DNA of 32,000 nucleotides. Origin: Candidatus Nitrosopumilus koreensis AR1 (GTDB taxonomy: Archaea; Thermoproteota; Nitrososphaeria; Nitrososphaerales; Nitrosopumilaceae). The notes under the pieces were generated by a model. The model searched no databases. It was given only the letters and a program-made list of their open reading frames with translations, and had not been told where the DNA came from. A program made the position numbers and the translations under genes. The stretch covers positions 1,110,001 to 1,142,000 of the forward strand of contig NC_018655.1 in assembly GCF_000299365.1 (NCBI RefSeq). Reading direction: 5' to 3'. Positions 1 to 8,670 of this stretch are shown piece by piece; the first letter of the stretch is position 1; every line of letters begins with the position of its first letter.

Positions 1-1306
1 CCCAATTGAACCGCTAAGTTTCAGCACAGATGAGTTAATGTCAAGACCATATCAAGTAATTAACACACTGTTCAATTTGCATTTGTACTTTAAACAAAAT
101 AGTCAGTACGATAATTTTGAAAAATCAAACACTGTAGAATGGGCAAAACAAAACGACTTGCTAACATCACCAGATATTTGGTTATTATCAAAACTTCAAA
201 AATTGATTCTCAAAATCACAGATAAAAATAATTCATGTAGATTCCATGAGAGTGCAAAAGCAATTGATGATTTCATCATAAACAATCTCAGTCAAATCTA
301 CATTCCAATCACACGGGGGGAATTATGGGATGAAGATGAGGAGAAAAAAGACAGAAGGCTTGCAATTTATGCAGTACTGGAAAAAGTTCTAAAAATATTA
401 GATATTTTGATTCACCCATTTTGTCCATTTACGAGTGAATACTTGTATCAAACGGTTTTTGATGGAAAACAAAGCATACTACTTGACAAATGGCCAGAAG
501 CCCAAGAATCACTTGTCAACGAAGAAATTGAAGAATCATTTGACATTATGAAAGACGTAGTGTCTGTTTCATCAGCTGCAAGAATGAAAGGTAAACTGAA
601 ACGAAGATGGCCATTAAATGAAGCAAGAATTTGTGTTAAGAAGGGTCAAAAAGCCAAGCTAGAATCATTATCAGAGTTATTGCAATCTCAATTAAACGTA
701 GAAAAATTCAGCATAGTTGAAACAGAAAAAGAATTAGGATTGGAACAAATTTTAGAACTAAAGGAATTAGGATTACCTGTAAAACCAATTATCGAATTAG
801 AAAGAAAAAGAATCGGTCCCAAAGCGAAACAACACATGGGAAAACTTGTAACAAAGTTTTCTGAAACAGATCCTGAAGAAATAATATCATCATTACAAAA
901 AGATTCAAAATTTAATTTTGACATAGATGGAGAAACTATTTCACTGGAAAGTGAAGATTTTGTTGTAGATTTTGATACATCAGAAAACTTTGCAGTATCA
1001 AAGAGAGATGATTATGTAGTGTTTATTTCTACTTTAAGAAACAAAGAGATGATGGCAAGAGGATTAATCAAAGATGTTGCAAGAAGACTTCAAACTCTAA
1101 GAAAAGAAAGAGGATACAATCCAACTGATGTTTTAGGGGTTGCGTCAATTCTTGATCTAGATGAAGAATCACTTGGGATGATAAAAGAAAAATCAGATGA
1201 TCTGGCGTTTTTGGTCAGAGTAAAACAAGTAAACTTTACAGAATCATGTAAAGAATACAAAGACGACGATATTGATGGTCAGAAAATTAGGATTTCAGTA
1301 GAATAG
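1..1306 (+). CDS. ileS: Isoleucyl-tRNA synthetase, C-terminal part (5' end outside window)
   Basis: The frame is open from base 2 (no stop before the listed ATG at 38). The protein has a class Ia anticodon-binding domain (...LDILIHPFCPFTSEYLYQTVF...) and the archaeal/eukaryotic IleRS-type tail (VARRLQTLRKERGYNPTDVLG). Confidence 0.9.
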   Translation, partial: PIEPLSFSTDELMSRPYQVINTLFNLHLYFKQNSQYDNFEKSNTVEWAKQNDLLTSPDIWLLSKLQKLILKITDKNNSCRFHESAKAIDDFIINNLSQIYIPITRGELWDEDEEKKDRRLAIYAVLEKVLKILDILIHPFCPFTSEYLYQTVFDGKQSILLDKWPEAQESLVNEEIEESFDIMKDVVSVSSAARMKGKLKRRWPLNEARICVKKGQKAKLESLSELLQSQLNVEKFSIVETEKELGLEQILELKELGLPVKPIIELERKRIGPKAKQHMGKLVTKFSETDPEEIISSLQKDSKFNFDIDGETISLESEDFVVDFDTSENFAVSKRDDYVVFISTLRNKEMMARGLIKDVARRLQTLRKERGYNPTDVLGVASILDLDEESLGMIKEKSDDLAFLVRVKQVNFTESCKEYKDDDIDGQKIRISVE

Positions 1307-1365
1307 TTTTTAAAAAAAATACGAGTGCAGTGCAAACTCACTTTTTATTAATCAAAATGGGAAAT

Positions 1366-1435
1366 AAATCACATCGCAGAAGAGATTGGGTTCAGATCCC
1401 CTACCAGTGTTTTCTCAATCTCTTCTGAGTGATTT
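1366..1435. repeat. Long imperfect inverted repeat: AAATCAC-(ATCG)-CAGAAGAGATTG, 27-nt loop, CAATCTCTTCTG-(A)-GTGATTT
   Basis: Read directly: a 12-bp perfect stem (1377-1388 with 1416-1427) plus a 7-bp perfect outer stem (1366-1372 with 1429-1435). The loop contains GGGTTCAGATCCC-like sequence. Confidence 0.85.
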
Positions 1436-1474
1436 AATGTAATATTTTTATTACAATCATACTGACGTAAGGAA

Positions 1475-2062
1475 ATGTCCGAATCAAAGGCACCAAATGT
1501 TGTTGGAATTAATGTTCTAAAACAAAACGGTCTTGATGTGGATGAATTGGTAAAAGAACTGATAAAAAATGCAGCAGTGGAATTTACTGCATACTACTAT
1601 TTTACCAATCTCAGAGCACATTGTACAGGCTTGGAAGGAGAGGGACTAAAAGGAATTATCGAAGATGCAAGGCTAGAAGATCTTAGCCATTTTGAGTCAT
1701 GCATTGAGAGAATATACCAGCTAGGAGGTTCACTTCCAAATGATGCAACAGAATTTATCAAAATTTCTGGTTGTGAGTTTTTACAACTTCCAGCAAATCC
1801 AACAGATCACAAAGCAATTCTAGAAAAATGTCTCAAAGCAGAACAAGGAGCAATTGTAAACTGGGATAAAATTTGCAAAATGACACTAGGCAAAGATCCT
1901 GCAACATACGATATTGCAAAAGATATTCTAGCTGAAGAGATCGAACATGAGTCTTGGTTCTTAGAGTTAATTTACGGAAGACCATCAGGACACATGAGAA
2001 GAAAATATTCTGGAGAAAGACCACACACCAGAAAACACTCTAGAGCACTAGATATGGCATAA
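1475..2062 (+). CDS. Ferritin-like / Dps-like protein
   Basis: 195-aa ORF with four-helix ferritin-like pattern: E..AYYYFTNLRAHCTG..., ARLEDLSHFESCIERIYQLGGSLP, AEEIEHESWFLELI. Confidence 0.75.
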   Translation: MSESKAPNVVGINVLKQNGLDVDELVKELIKNAAVEFTAYYYFTNLRAHCTGLEGEGLKGIIEDARLEDLSHFESCIERIYQLGGSLPNDATEFIKISGCEFLQLPANPTDHKAILEKCLKAEQGAIVNWDKICKMTLGKDPATYDIAKDILAEEIEHESWFLELIYGRPSGHMRRKYSGERPHTRKHSRALDMA

Positions 2063-2170
2063 TGCCAAATCACTCTTTTCTTTATTCTCAAAATATTGGT
2101 TTTATTGACGACAAAGTGTGAAGAGGAGTTGTTTTACCACGGTTAAATAGAAAAATCACGTAATTATATC

Positions 2171-2500
2171 ATGGTAAAACAAATCAGTCTTGATGCATGG
2201 CAAATTCAACACTTATCAGATTTGCTTGAAAAAGGCTCAAAGATTGTAGAGAAAACCAATCGACCCATTGTTCTGTACAGACAGACACTTGAGGAAGAAG
2301 AAGAATCCTATGAAGAGATTGTATGCACACTTACCAAAGGATATGTAATTGAACAAATGGTGACATCAGGAGGTGTTCTAGTCCCAAGTTTTCACCAACA
2401 GTTTGTGTTTACCATTGAAGAGTATCCACAAGAGTTACTGAGAAAAAGTAAAGATCGCTTTTTAGAAATGATTGATTTTCTAGATGAGCAATTAAGATAA
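2171..2500 (+). CDS. Conserved-looking hypothetical protein, 109 aa
   Basis: Clean ORF in a gene-sized gap, upstream of sucC; no family recognised. Confidence 0.6.
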   Translation: MVKQISLDAWQIQHLSDLLEKGSKIVEKTNRPIVLYRQTLEEEEESYEEIVCTLTKGYVIEQMVTSGGVLVPSFHQQFVFTIEEYPQELLRKSKDRFLEMIDFLDEQLR

Positions 2501-2540
2501 CATCATAGTTAATAAAGACCGTAAAATTCAAGATTTTTGC

Positions 2541-3647
2541 ATGCAATTATTAGAATACCAGGCAAAGGAATTATTCCGTGAATACGGCATCAACCTATTA
2601 GACAGTATTTCATCTACCAATATTGAAGAGGGTAGAAAGCATGCAAAAGAGCTAGGATATCCATTTGTGATCAAAATTCAGGTTCCAGTAGGAGGTAGAG
2701 GAAAAGCAGGAGGAATCCAAAAGTGTCAAAATGATGATGAATTTGAGATAAAATATCCTCAAGTTATGGACTTGACAATCAAGGGAGAAAAAGCAAGAGC
2801 AATTCTTCTTGAGAAGATGGCAGATATCAAAAAAGAGCTTTATCTTTCAATATTTTTGAATCGTTCAAAAAGATGTTACACAATTATTGCATCTGCTGAA
2901 GGAGGAGTTGAAATTGAATCAGTGAAAAATCAGATTATCAAAGAGATAGGATTAGGGGAAGTTTCAGACGAACTTGCAAAAGAAGTAGCAAAAGAAATGG
3001 GATTAGAAGGAAAACATGCAGAAGGAGTTATAGATACATTGAAAAAATTATCAAAACTCACAATCGAAAAGGAAGCAGAACTTGTAGAAATTAATCCACT
3101 AGCAATCATGCAAGATGACACAATTATGGCATTAGATGGAAAATTTGTTACAGATGACAATAGTAATTTCAGACACCCAGAATTAGAAAAATATCAAGAA
3201 AAAACAGCAATTGAAGAACAAGCTGAGAAGAGTGGATTTTCATTAGTAGAATTAGATGGAGATGTCGCAGTTGTTGGAAATGGTGCAGGACTTGTAATGT
3301 CTACACTAGATATGTTATCAGACAATGGAGGAAAACCAGCATGTTTCTTAGATGTTGGTGGTGGCGCAACAACTGAATCAGTATACGAAGCATTAACTTT
3401 GATTAGTAAATTAAACAGAGTAAAAGGAATTTTAGTAAATCTCTACGGTGGAATTGTGAAAACAACAGTAGTTGCTGAAGCATTTCTAAAGGCATATGAA
3501 GACAATGTAATTGATTTGCCAGTATTTTGTAGATTAAAGGGAACAGAATCTGAAAAAGCAACAGAAATGCTACAAGGTTCTAGAACCAAAATTTTTGGCA
3601 CAGTTGAAGAAGCAATTAACGCAGCAGTGATGGGTGTAAAGAAATGA
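2541..3647 (+). CDS. sucC: Succinyl-CoA synthetase / ligase beta subunit (ATP-grasp)
   Basis: MQLLEYQAKELFREYGI... and ...CFLDVGGGATTESVYEAL... and VNLYGGIVKTTVVAEAFLKA; adjacent to sucD with a 4-nt overlap. Confidence 0.92.
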   Translation: MQLLEYQAKELFREYGINLLDSISSTNIEEGRKHAKELGYPFVIKIQVPVGGRGKAGGIQKCQNDDEFEIKYPQVMDLTIKGEKARAILLEKMADIKKELYLSIFLNRSKRCYTIIASAEGGVEIESVKNQIIKEIGLGEVSDELAKEVAKEMGLEGKHAEGVIDTLKKLSKLTIEKEAELVEINPLAIMQDDTIMALDGKFVTDDNSNFRHPELEKYQEKTAIEEQAEKSGFSLVELDGDVAVVGNGAGLVMSTLDMLSDNGGKPACFLDVGGGATTESVYEALTLISKLNRVKGILVNLYGGIVKTTVVAEAFLKAYEDNVIDLPVFCRLKGTESEKATEMLQGSRTKIFGTVEEAINAAVMGVKK

Positions 3648-4561
3648 CAGATATTTTTGAATTACTAAAAGGAAATCCAGGAGATCCAGATTATGAGAAA
3701 AAAGGAGTGATAGTTCAAGGAATTACTGGAGCATATGGTTCACTCCATGCAAGAAACATGATTGCATATGGGACAAACGTTGTTGCAGGAGTCACTCCTG
3801 GAAAAGGCGGTCAAAAATTTGATGGAAAAGTTCCAATTTACAATACAATGAAAGAAGCAGTAGATGCAACAAATGCAAAAATTTCAATAGTTTTTGTACC
3901 AGCAAAATTCTTCTTAAGTGCTGCAAAAGATGCATTGGACGCAGGAATCAAACTTTTAGTTGCAATTCCAGAACATGTTCCAATTAGGGACACAATGGAA
4001 ACATTAGAGCTTGCAAAACAAAAAGGAGCAATAGTTATTGGTCCAAACACCCCAGGAATAATGATTCCAGAATTAATCAAAATTGGAATAATGCCACCAA
4101 TGCCTTTCAAAGCAGGAAAAATCGCAGTACTATCAAAAAGTGGAACATTACTTTATGAGATTTCAGATGCATTAACTAATGCAGGATTTGGACAATCAAT
4201 CACAATAGGTATTGGAGGAGACCCAGTTAACGGAACAAGATTAATTGATGCATTTGACATGGTAAAAGACATTCCAGATTTGGAGGGAATGGTAGTCGTA
4301 GGAGAAATAGGAGGAGATTCTGAAGAAATGTTAGCTCAAAGAATTATGGATTCAGGATTTAACAAACCAACTGTTGCATATATTGCAGGAAGAGCAGCCC
4401 CAAAAGAAAAGAGAATGGGGCATGCAGGAGCAATTGTAATGGGAACGTATGGTTCAGCAGAATCCAAAGTATCAATGTTTAACAAAGCAAACATCCCAGT
4501 CGCCAAAAGACCTGCAGAAGTACCTGTTTTATTAGCTGGAAAGATGGAAAAATCCGATTAG
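3644..4561 (+). CDS. sucD: Succinyl-CoA synthetase / ligase alpha subunit
   Basis: VIVQGITGAYGSLHARNMIAYGTNVVAGVTPGKGG, GPNTPGIM, GHAGAIVMGTYGSAESK (active-site His region); ATG overlaps the sucC stop (ATGA). Confidence 0.92.
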   Translation: MTDIFELLKGNPGDPDYEKKGVIVQGITGAYGSLHARNMIAYGTNVVAGVTPGKGGQKFDGKVPIYNTMKEAVDATNAKISIVFVPAKFFLSAAKDALDAGIKLLVAIPEHVPIRDTMETLELAKQKGAIVIGPNTPGIMIPELIKIGIMPPMPFKAGKIAVLSKSGTLLYEISDALTNAGFGQSITIGIGGDPVNGTRLIDAFDMVKDIPDLEGMVVVGEIGGDSEEMLAQRIMDSGFNKPTVAYIAGRAAPKEKRMGHAGAIVMGTYGSAESKVSMFNKANIPVAKRPAEVPVLLAGKMEKSD

Positions 4562-4592
4562 AATAAAAGAGAGGGATTGAGGAGAGAATCAA

Positions 4593-4760
4593 ATGCCAAT
4601 TACAGACCCAGAAAAGAAACGAATTGCACAACAAGCAAGATTAGTTATGCGTATTTGTTTTAATTGTGGTTGCAGAAACGACATAGACGCTACCAGATGT
4701 AGAAAATGTAGAAATCCATACTTGAGATTAAAGAACAGAAATCTCGGCGTAAAGAAATAG
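4593..4760 (+). CDS. rpl40e: 50S ribosomal protein L40e
   Basis: Manually found 55-aa ORF, absent from the track: MPITDPEKKRIAQQARLVMRICFNCGCRNDIDATRCRKCRNPYLRLKNRNLGVKK. Four-Cys zinc-ribbon and R/K-rich C-terminus as in archaeal L40e. Confidence 0.88.
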   Translation: MPITDPEKKRIAQQARLVMRICFNCGCRNDIDATRCRKCRNPYLRLKNRNLGVKK

Positions 4761-4762
4761 AA

Positions 4763-5011
4763 TCAGAAATTCATCAATCTTTGCCTATAATCAACTATTG
4801 CAGATTTTATGTTAGAATTATATCGCATCACAAAGGATTTTGCCAAATCAGGATTATCCAGTTCATCCAGGTCAATCTGAAGATCATCAGGCAGTTGTTC
4901 ATTCATCTGAAAAAGGATTTTTGCAGCGTCAACGTATTGTCCTAGATTTTCTGCATATTCAAAGGCCAATTTCATTCGGTCAATTAACGCATCAAATTCC
5001 TGTAAGGACAT
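4763..5011 (-). CDS. Hypothetical protein (probable start MSLQEFDALIDRMK...)
   Basis: Track ORF 4763..5044; the internal Met at 5011 starts a more protein-like helical sequence. Convergent with L40e. Confidence 0.6.
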   Translation of the reverse strand: MSLQEFDALIDRMKLAFEYAENLGQYVDAAKILFQMNEQLPDDLQIDLDELDNPDLAKSFVMRYNSNIKSAIVDYRQRLMNF

Positions 5012-5105
5012 AACAAAATTACGAAAAAACAGTACTAAAGGCAATGGTAATTACAAAATATTCACAATCTAAAGACAAAAAAGCTTGTAGTTTTGTAATT
5101 TTGTT

Positions 5106-5200
5106 GGACCGGTCGTCTAGTTTGGTTTGGATGACGCACTCACACTGCGTAAGAGATCAATTCTCCGCAAAGGTCGTGGGTTCAAATCCCATCCGGTCCA
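5106..5200 (+). tRNA. Probable tRNA-Val (CAC) with about 20 nt of extra sequence between anticodon stem and T-stem
   Basis: Acceptor GGACCGG/CCGGTCC (7/7), anticodon arm ACGCA-CTCACAC-TGCGT (5/5; 34-36 = CAC), T-arm GTGGG-TTCAAAT-CCCAT, A73. Extra sequence lies at 5151-5175. The D-stem requires G-U pairs for canonical spacing. Confidence 0.8.
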
Positions 5201-5233
5201 TCCCTCTAATCTTGTAAGGTCCAAAACAATTCA

Positions 5234-5383
5234 TCAATACATGCTTTTCATTCGTTTTTTCTTTCTCATATCCTTCTCATGAAAAGATGATTTTACAGAG
5301 TAGTCATAATCAGGAAAGAGTTGTTCAAATCTTTCTTCCAGTATATGATCGGGTATTATGTCAGACAAGAATCTCATTACCAT
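5234..5383 (-). CDS. Possible 49-aa small protein
   Basis: MVMRFLSDIIPDHILEERFEQLFPDYDYSVKSSFHEKDMRKKKRMKSMY; its ATG overlaps the last codons of the ORF at 5377-5472. Confidence 0.3.
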   Translation of the reverse strand: MVMRFLSDIIPDHILEERFEQLFPDYDYSVKSSFHEKDMRKKKRMKSMY

Positions 5384-5472
5384 CCTTGTGTTGGATGACA
5401 ATCACACACACATCCATTAGTGCAATGCATTCTACGACAATCTTCACAATGTTTACTTATTGTATGACCCAT
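5377..5472 (-). CDS. Possible 31-aa Cys/His-rich micro-protein
   Basis: MGHTISKHCEDCRRMHCTNGCVCDCHPTQGW; purine-rich GGTGG about 5 nt upstream of the ATG. Six Cys and four His in 31 aa. Confidence 0.4.
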   Translation of the reverse strand: MGHTISKHCEDCRRMHCTNGCVCDCHPTQGW

Positions 5473-5597
5473 TTTTCCACCAGAATTTTTTATTGATATT
5501 ATAGAGATCTGAAAGAAAAACAACGATAAACTTGATTTTGTCTTAGATGAAGTCAACTCATCAATATCTTAAATAGTTGAAATTAATTGGTCAACCT

Positions 5598-5681
5598 ATG
5601 AAATGTCAATGTACAACCGATGTGCCATGTATGTTTCATTACATTATGGCAAACCCTAGCTCCATAAAGCCTAAAAATTGA
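5598..5681 (+). CDS. Possible 27-aa Cys-containing micro-protein
   Basis: MKCQCTTDVPCMFHYIMANPSSIKPKN; a TTAAATA box at 5569-5575 is spaced as expected for a leaderless transcript. Confidence 0.25.
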   Translation: MKCQCTTDVPCMFHYIMANPSSIKPKN

Positions 5682-5754
5682 GTATGATATTTTGTTTGAA
5701 TGCATACTCAAAAATTCTATCAAATGCAATCCAAACTAATTGTTGTGCCAGTTA

Positions 5755-8502
5755 TTAGTTCCAAAAATTCCACCAAGAAGTAGATTTTTCAACTTTAATG
5801 ACGGTACATACACCGTCAATTAATTTAGTGCCAGAACCACAAAAACCATACTCTTTTTGAGAAGGTTTGGAATCATCATAATCAACTGCCTGTTTTATTG
5901 AAGAATATTCAGGATAGTTTTCATCAAACCATTTTTTGTAATCTGAATCAATATTGTATCTAGCCACATAATAGTATGGGTCCTTTGCTTCATCTACAAA
6001 GTCTGCAGGGATTTGTGGAGGTTTTGATATTCCAACTGCCTCATATATTGAAGAGTATTCAGGATAGTTTTCATCAAACCATTTTTTGTAGCTTGGTTCG
6101 TTGTTGTATCTGTCAACATAACTTTGTGGGTCTTTAGATTCATCAACAAATGGAGCTATTCCCAATTCTTCAGATTCTGTATTTACAGGTGTTTCTGTAG
6201 GCTCTGATTCTTTTGTGGAGTCATTTACGGTTACAACAATGGTCTGAGAATCAAACAATTCATTTTTTCTAACCTCTACGACAAAATTGTATGTCTTTCC
6301 CCCATCAGAAATAGAAGGAGTCCAAGTAAACATACCTGTGTTTGAAATAATTTTTGCTCCGGATGGGGCATTCTTTAAGCTAAACACAGGATCTTTGATG
6401 GTGTTATCAGTTAGCTTTACTGCAAAGGAAAGCAGTTGTCCTTCATTAATTGTTAGTTTGCCAATTGGTGCAATCTCTAGTCCTGTAATCTTTGCAACAG
6501 CAGATGATTCATTTGAGGGTTCACTTGTTCCCACCATGTTTATTGCAGAAACTCGATAAGTGTACTTTGCATCCTTTACAAGTCCAGAATGAAGATATGT
6601 TTTTGAAGTGTTTTTTGTATCATCTATAACTGTGCTAAAAGAATCATTGTCTTTTTTTGCCTCAATCTTGTATCCAGTAATAGGAGAGTTTCCATCATCA
6701 ACAGGAGCACTCCATGTGAGATTTATTGAAGTAGAAGTTTTTGCAGATGCAACTAGTTTTATCGGAGGGCTTGAGACACTCATATCTACTGCAGTAGATG
6801 TTATTGGCGTCTCAGAAGTGTCTTCAGAATCAGTTCGAGGGGTTGCAGACGCCGTGTTTGATTCTTCTGTTTCTCCAAAGCCTATTTTTGCAGTGACTGC
6901 ATATGTGTAAGTTTTGTCAGTTGCCAAATTTGAAACAACATAGGTCAGAGTTTGTGCATTGGTATTTCCAACAACATCATAAACTCCTGGGACAACCTCA
7001 CGTTTTATGTCATATCCACTGATTGTTTGCCCAAAAGTTTGAGAGGGAGCAATCCAAGAAAGTTTAATCTGACTAGGAGAAATAGCAGTTGCAGTCAATG
7101 CAACAGGGGTTGTAGTATGTTCTGGTTTTGTTGTGGCAACAGAGGATGCACCACTAATACCTGCTGAATTAATAGAATAGATTCGGTAACTGTATGTTTC
7201 AGATTCAGATAGTCCTTGATGGATAAAAGAAGTAACAGTACTGTCAGTGTTTGGAGTAATTGTAATATAATCATCTGAACCTGTTTTGTATTCAATCTTG
7301 TATCCAGTAATTTTTGGAATTGATTCTGCTTGTTCAGGTTCATCCCATGTAAGCAGTATAGAAGTTGGAGATATTGGAGAGGCATCAGGATTGGCGGGTT
7401 TTACAGGAGTTTGTACCGTAGGTTCAGAATTTAATTCAAATGCTTGTATTCTATTGTTGTTTGAGTCTGCAACATATAACAAATTATTTGAAGAGTCAAA
7501 TGCAATTCCTTTAGGAGTATCAAATTTACCATCTGTTGTTCCCAACGAACCAAATTCTTCAACAAAACACACACCATCTATGATTTCTTCAGTATTACTT
7601 GGACATGTTGTACCATCAACAATTTCAAAAATTTGAATTCGATTGTTTTCAGAATCTGCAACATATAACAAATTATTTGAAGAGTCAAATGCAAGATCAT
7701 ATGGATTATCAAATTCACCAGCATCATCTCCAGAAGAACCAAATTCTTTGAGATAACATATTCCATCAACGGATTTAACAGTGCCACTTGGACATGTTGT
7801 ACCATCAACAATTTCAAACATCACAATTCGATCATTTCCAGAATCTACAACAAATAAAATATTATCAGAGTTGTCAATCACCATTCCATTTGGATTTCTA
7901 AAGTCATCATTCCCGTTGAAAAAATTAAAATCAAATAGAAAATTCCCTAATGAGTTAAAAACAGAAATAGAATCATTTTCAGTGTCAGACACAAAGATAT
8001 CTCGTGAAGAGTCTTGAATCACTACACCATTTGCACTTCCAAGATAGTCATCATCTCCACTGTCAGATGAACCAAACTTGAATTGAAATTCTCCATCATC
8101 ATCAAAGACCTGTACTCTTTCATTATCAGTATCCACTACAAAAAATCGTCCTAAAGCATCAATTGCAATTGATATAGGATCATTGAATTGTCCATCACCG
8201 TCTTCATCTGCTCCATCTGCATCAGCATTACAGTTTTGAATTTGGGCAGTATTACAAAAAGAGCCATATACAAATTCAGGATTCCCATCATCATCAAAAA
8301 CACTAATTCTTTCGTTATTGTTATCTACAACATAGATGTCTCCTCCATTGACATTAACCACCACATCTGTGGGATTATCTAATTCATCACTACCAGAACC
8401 AAGTGTGCCAAATTTGAAAGAAAACTCGGCATCAGCATACACTGAGGGGATTACAATAGCAATGAAAGCCGCCAGTGCAAACAAAACAAGATTTTTTTTC
8501 AA
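5755..8502 (-). CDS. Secreted/surface beta-propeller protein: signal peptide, NHL repeats, fibronectin type III domains, Ig/cadherin-like domain, C-terminal YKKWFDENYPEYSSI repeats
   Basis: 915 aa: signal peptide MKKNLVLFALAAFIAIVIPSVYADA; repeated NP.G.A.D...N.LYV.D..N.RIQ.F units (NHL); PTNLTWS.P..(P)I.GYKI FN3 units; two C-terminal ...YVDRYNxExxYKKWFDENYPEYSSI repeats. Confidence 0.88.
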   Translation of the reverse strand: MKKNLVLFALAAFIAIVIPSVYADAEFSFKFGTLGSGSDELDNPTDVVVNVNGGDIYVVDNNNERISVFDDDGNPEFVYGSFCNTAQIQNCNADADGADEDGDGQFNDPISIAIDALGRFFVVDTDNERVQVFDDDGEFQFKFGSSDSGDDDYLGSANGVVIQDSSRDIFVSDTENDSISVFNSLGNFLFDFNFFNGNDDFRNPNGMVIDNSDNILFVVDSGNDRIVMFEIVDGTTCPSGTVKSVDGICYLKEFGSSGDDAGEFDNPYDLAFDSSNNLLYVADSENNRIQIFEIVDGTTCPSNTEEIIDGVCFVEEFGSLGTTDGKFDTPKGIAFDSSNNLLYVADSNNNRIQAFELNSEPTVQTPVKPANPDASPISPTSILLTWDEPEQAESIPKITGYKIEYKTGSDDYITITPNTDSTVTSFIHQGLSESETYSYRIYSINSAGISGASSVATTKPEHTTTPVALTATAISPSQIKLSWIAPSQTFGQTISGYDIKREVVPGVYDVVGNTNAQTLTYVVSNLATDKTYTYAVTAKIGFGETEESNTASATPRTDSEDTSETPITSTAVDMSVSSPPIKLVASAKTSTSINLTWSAPVDDGNSPITGYKIEAKKDNDSFSTVIDDTKNTSKTYLHSGLVKDAKYTYRVSAINMVGTSEPSNESSAVAKITGLEIAPIGKLTINEGQLLSFAVKLTDNTIKDPVFSLKNAPSGAKIISNTGMFTWTPSISDGGKTYNFVVEVRKNELFDSQTIVVTVNDSTKESEPTETPVNTESEELGIAPFVDESKDPQSYVDRYNNEPSYKKWFDENYPEYSSIYEAVGISKPPQIPADFVDEAKDPYYYVARYNIDSDYKKWFDENYPEYSSIKQAVDYDDSKPSQKEYGFCGSGTKLIDGVCTVIKVEKSTSWWNFWN

Positions 8503-8670
8503 TTTGTAGTTAAATCATTATTATTTTTAATAAATTAGAATAAAACTTTCACCACTCTTTTGATCAATTTGGATTAACCTAAAAATGGAAAATTTCATTA
8601 AAATTTACGACTATGAACAATGGATTTACTTTGGATCATACTCAGCAACAAGCAAAGATAGATGATGTTA

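Noticed and set aside
1381-1408. GGGTTCAGATCCC resembling a tRNA T-arm at 1386-1399
   Set aside because: The T-stem cannot be extended to 5 bp and no acceptor, D or anticodon arm could be found on either strand, so it is not called as a tRNA.
5287-5496. 69-aa plus-strand ORF
   Set aside because: No upstream signals and an implausible composition; the antisense micro-ORFs look better but are themselves unproven.
7466-7697. Direct repeats of 33-40 bp with about 190-bp spacing, considered as CRISPR-like
   Set aside because: They are in-frame, codon-period repeats encoding NHL blades of one protein; there is no array structure or cas genes.
6287-8382. Plus-strand ORFs within the 915-aa gene (6287, 6608, 6952, 7286, 7781, 8188) and shadow minus ORFs (7095, 7578)
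   Set aside because: All lie inside the surface-protein gene, whose domains and signal peptide are clear; the repetitive gene produces shadow ORFs.
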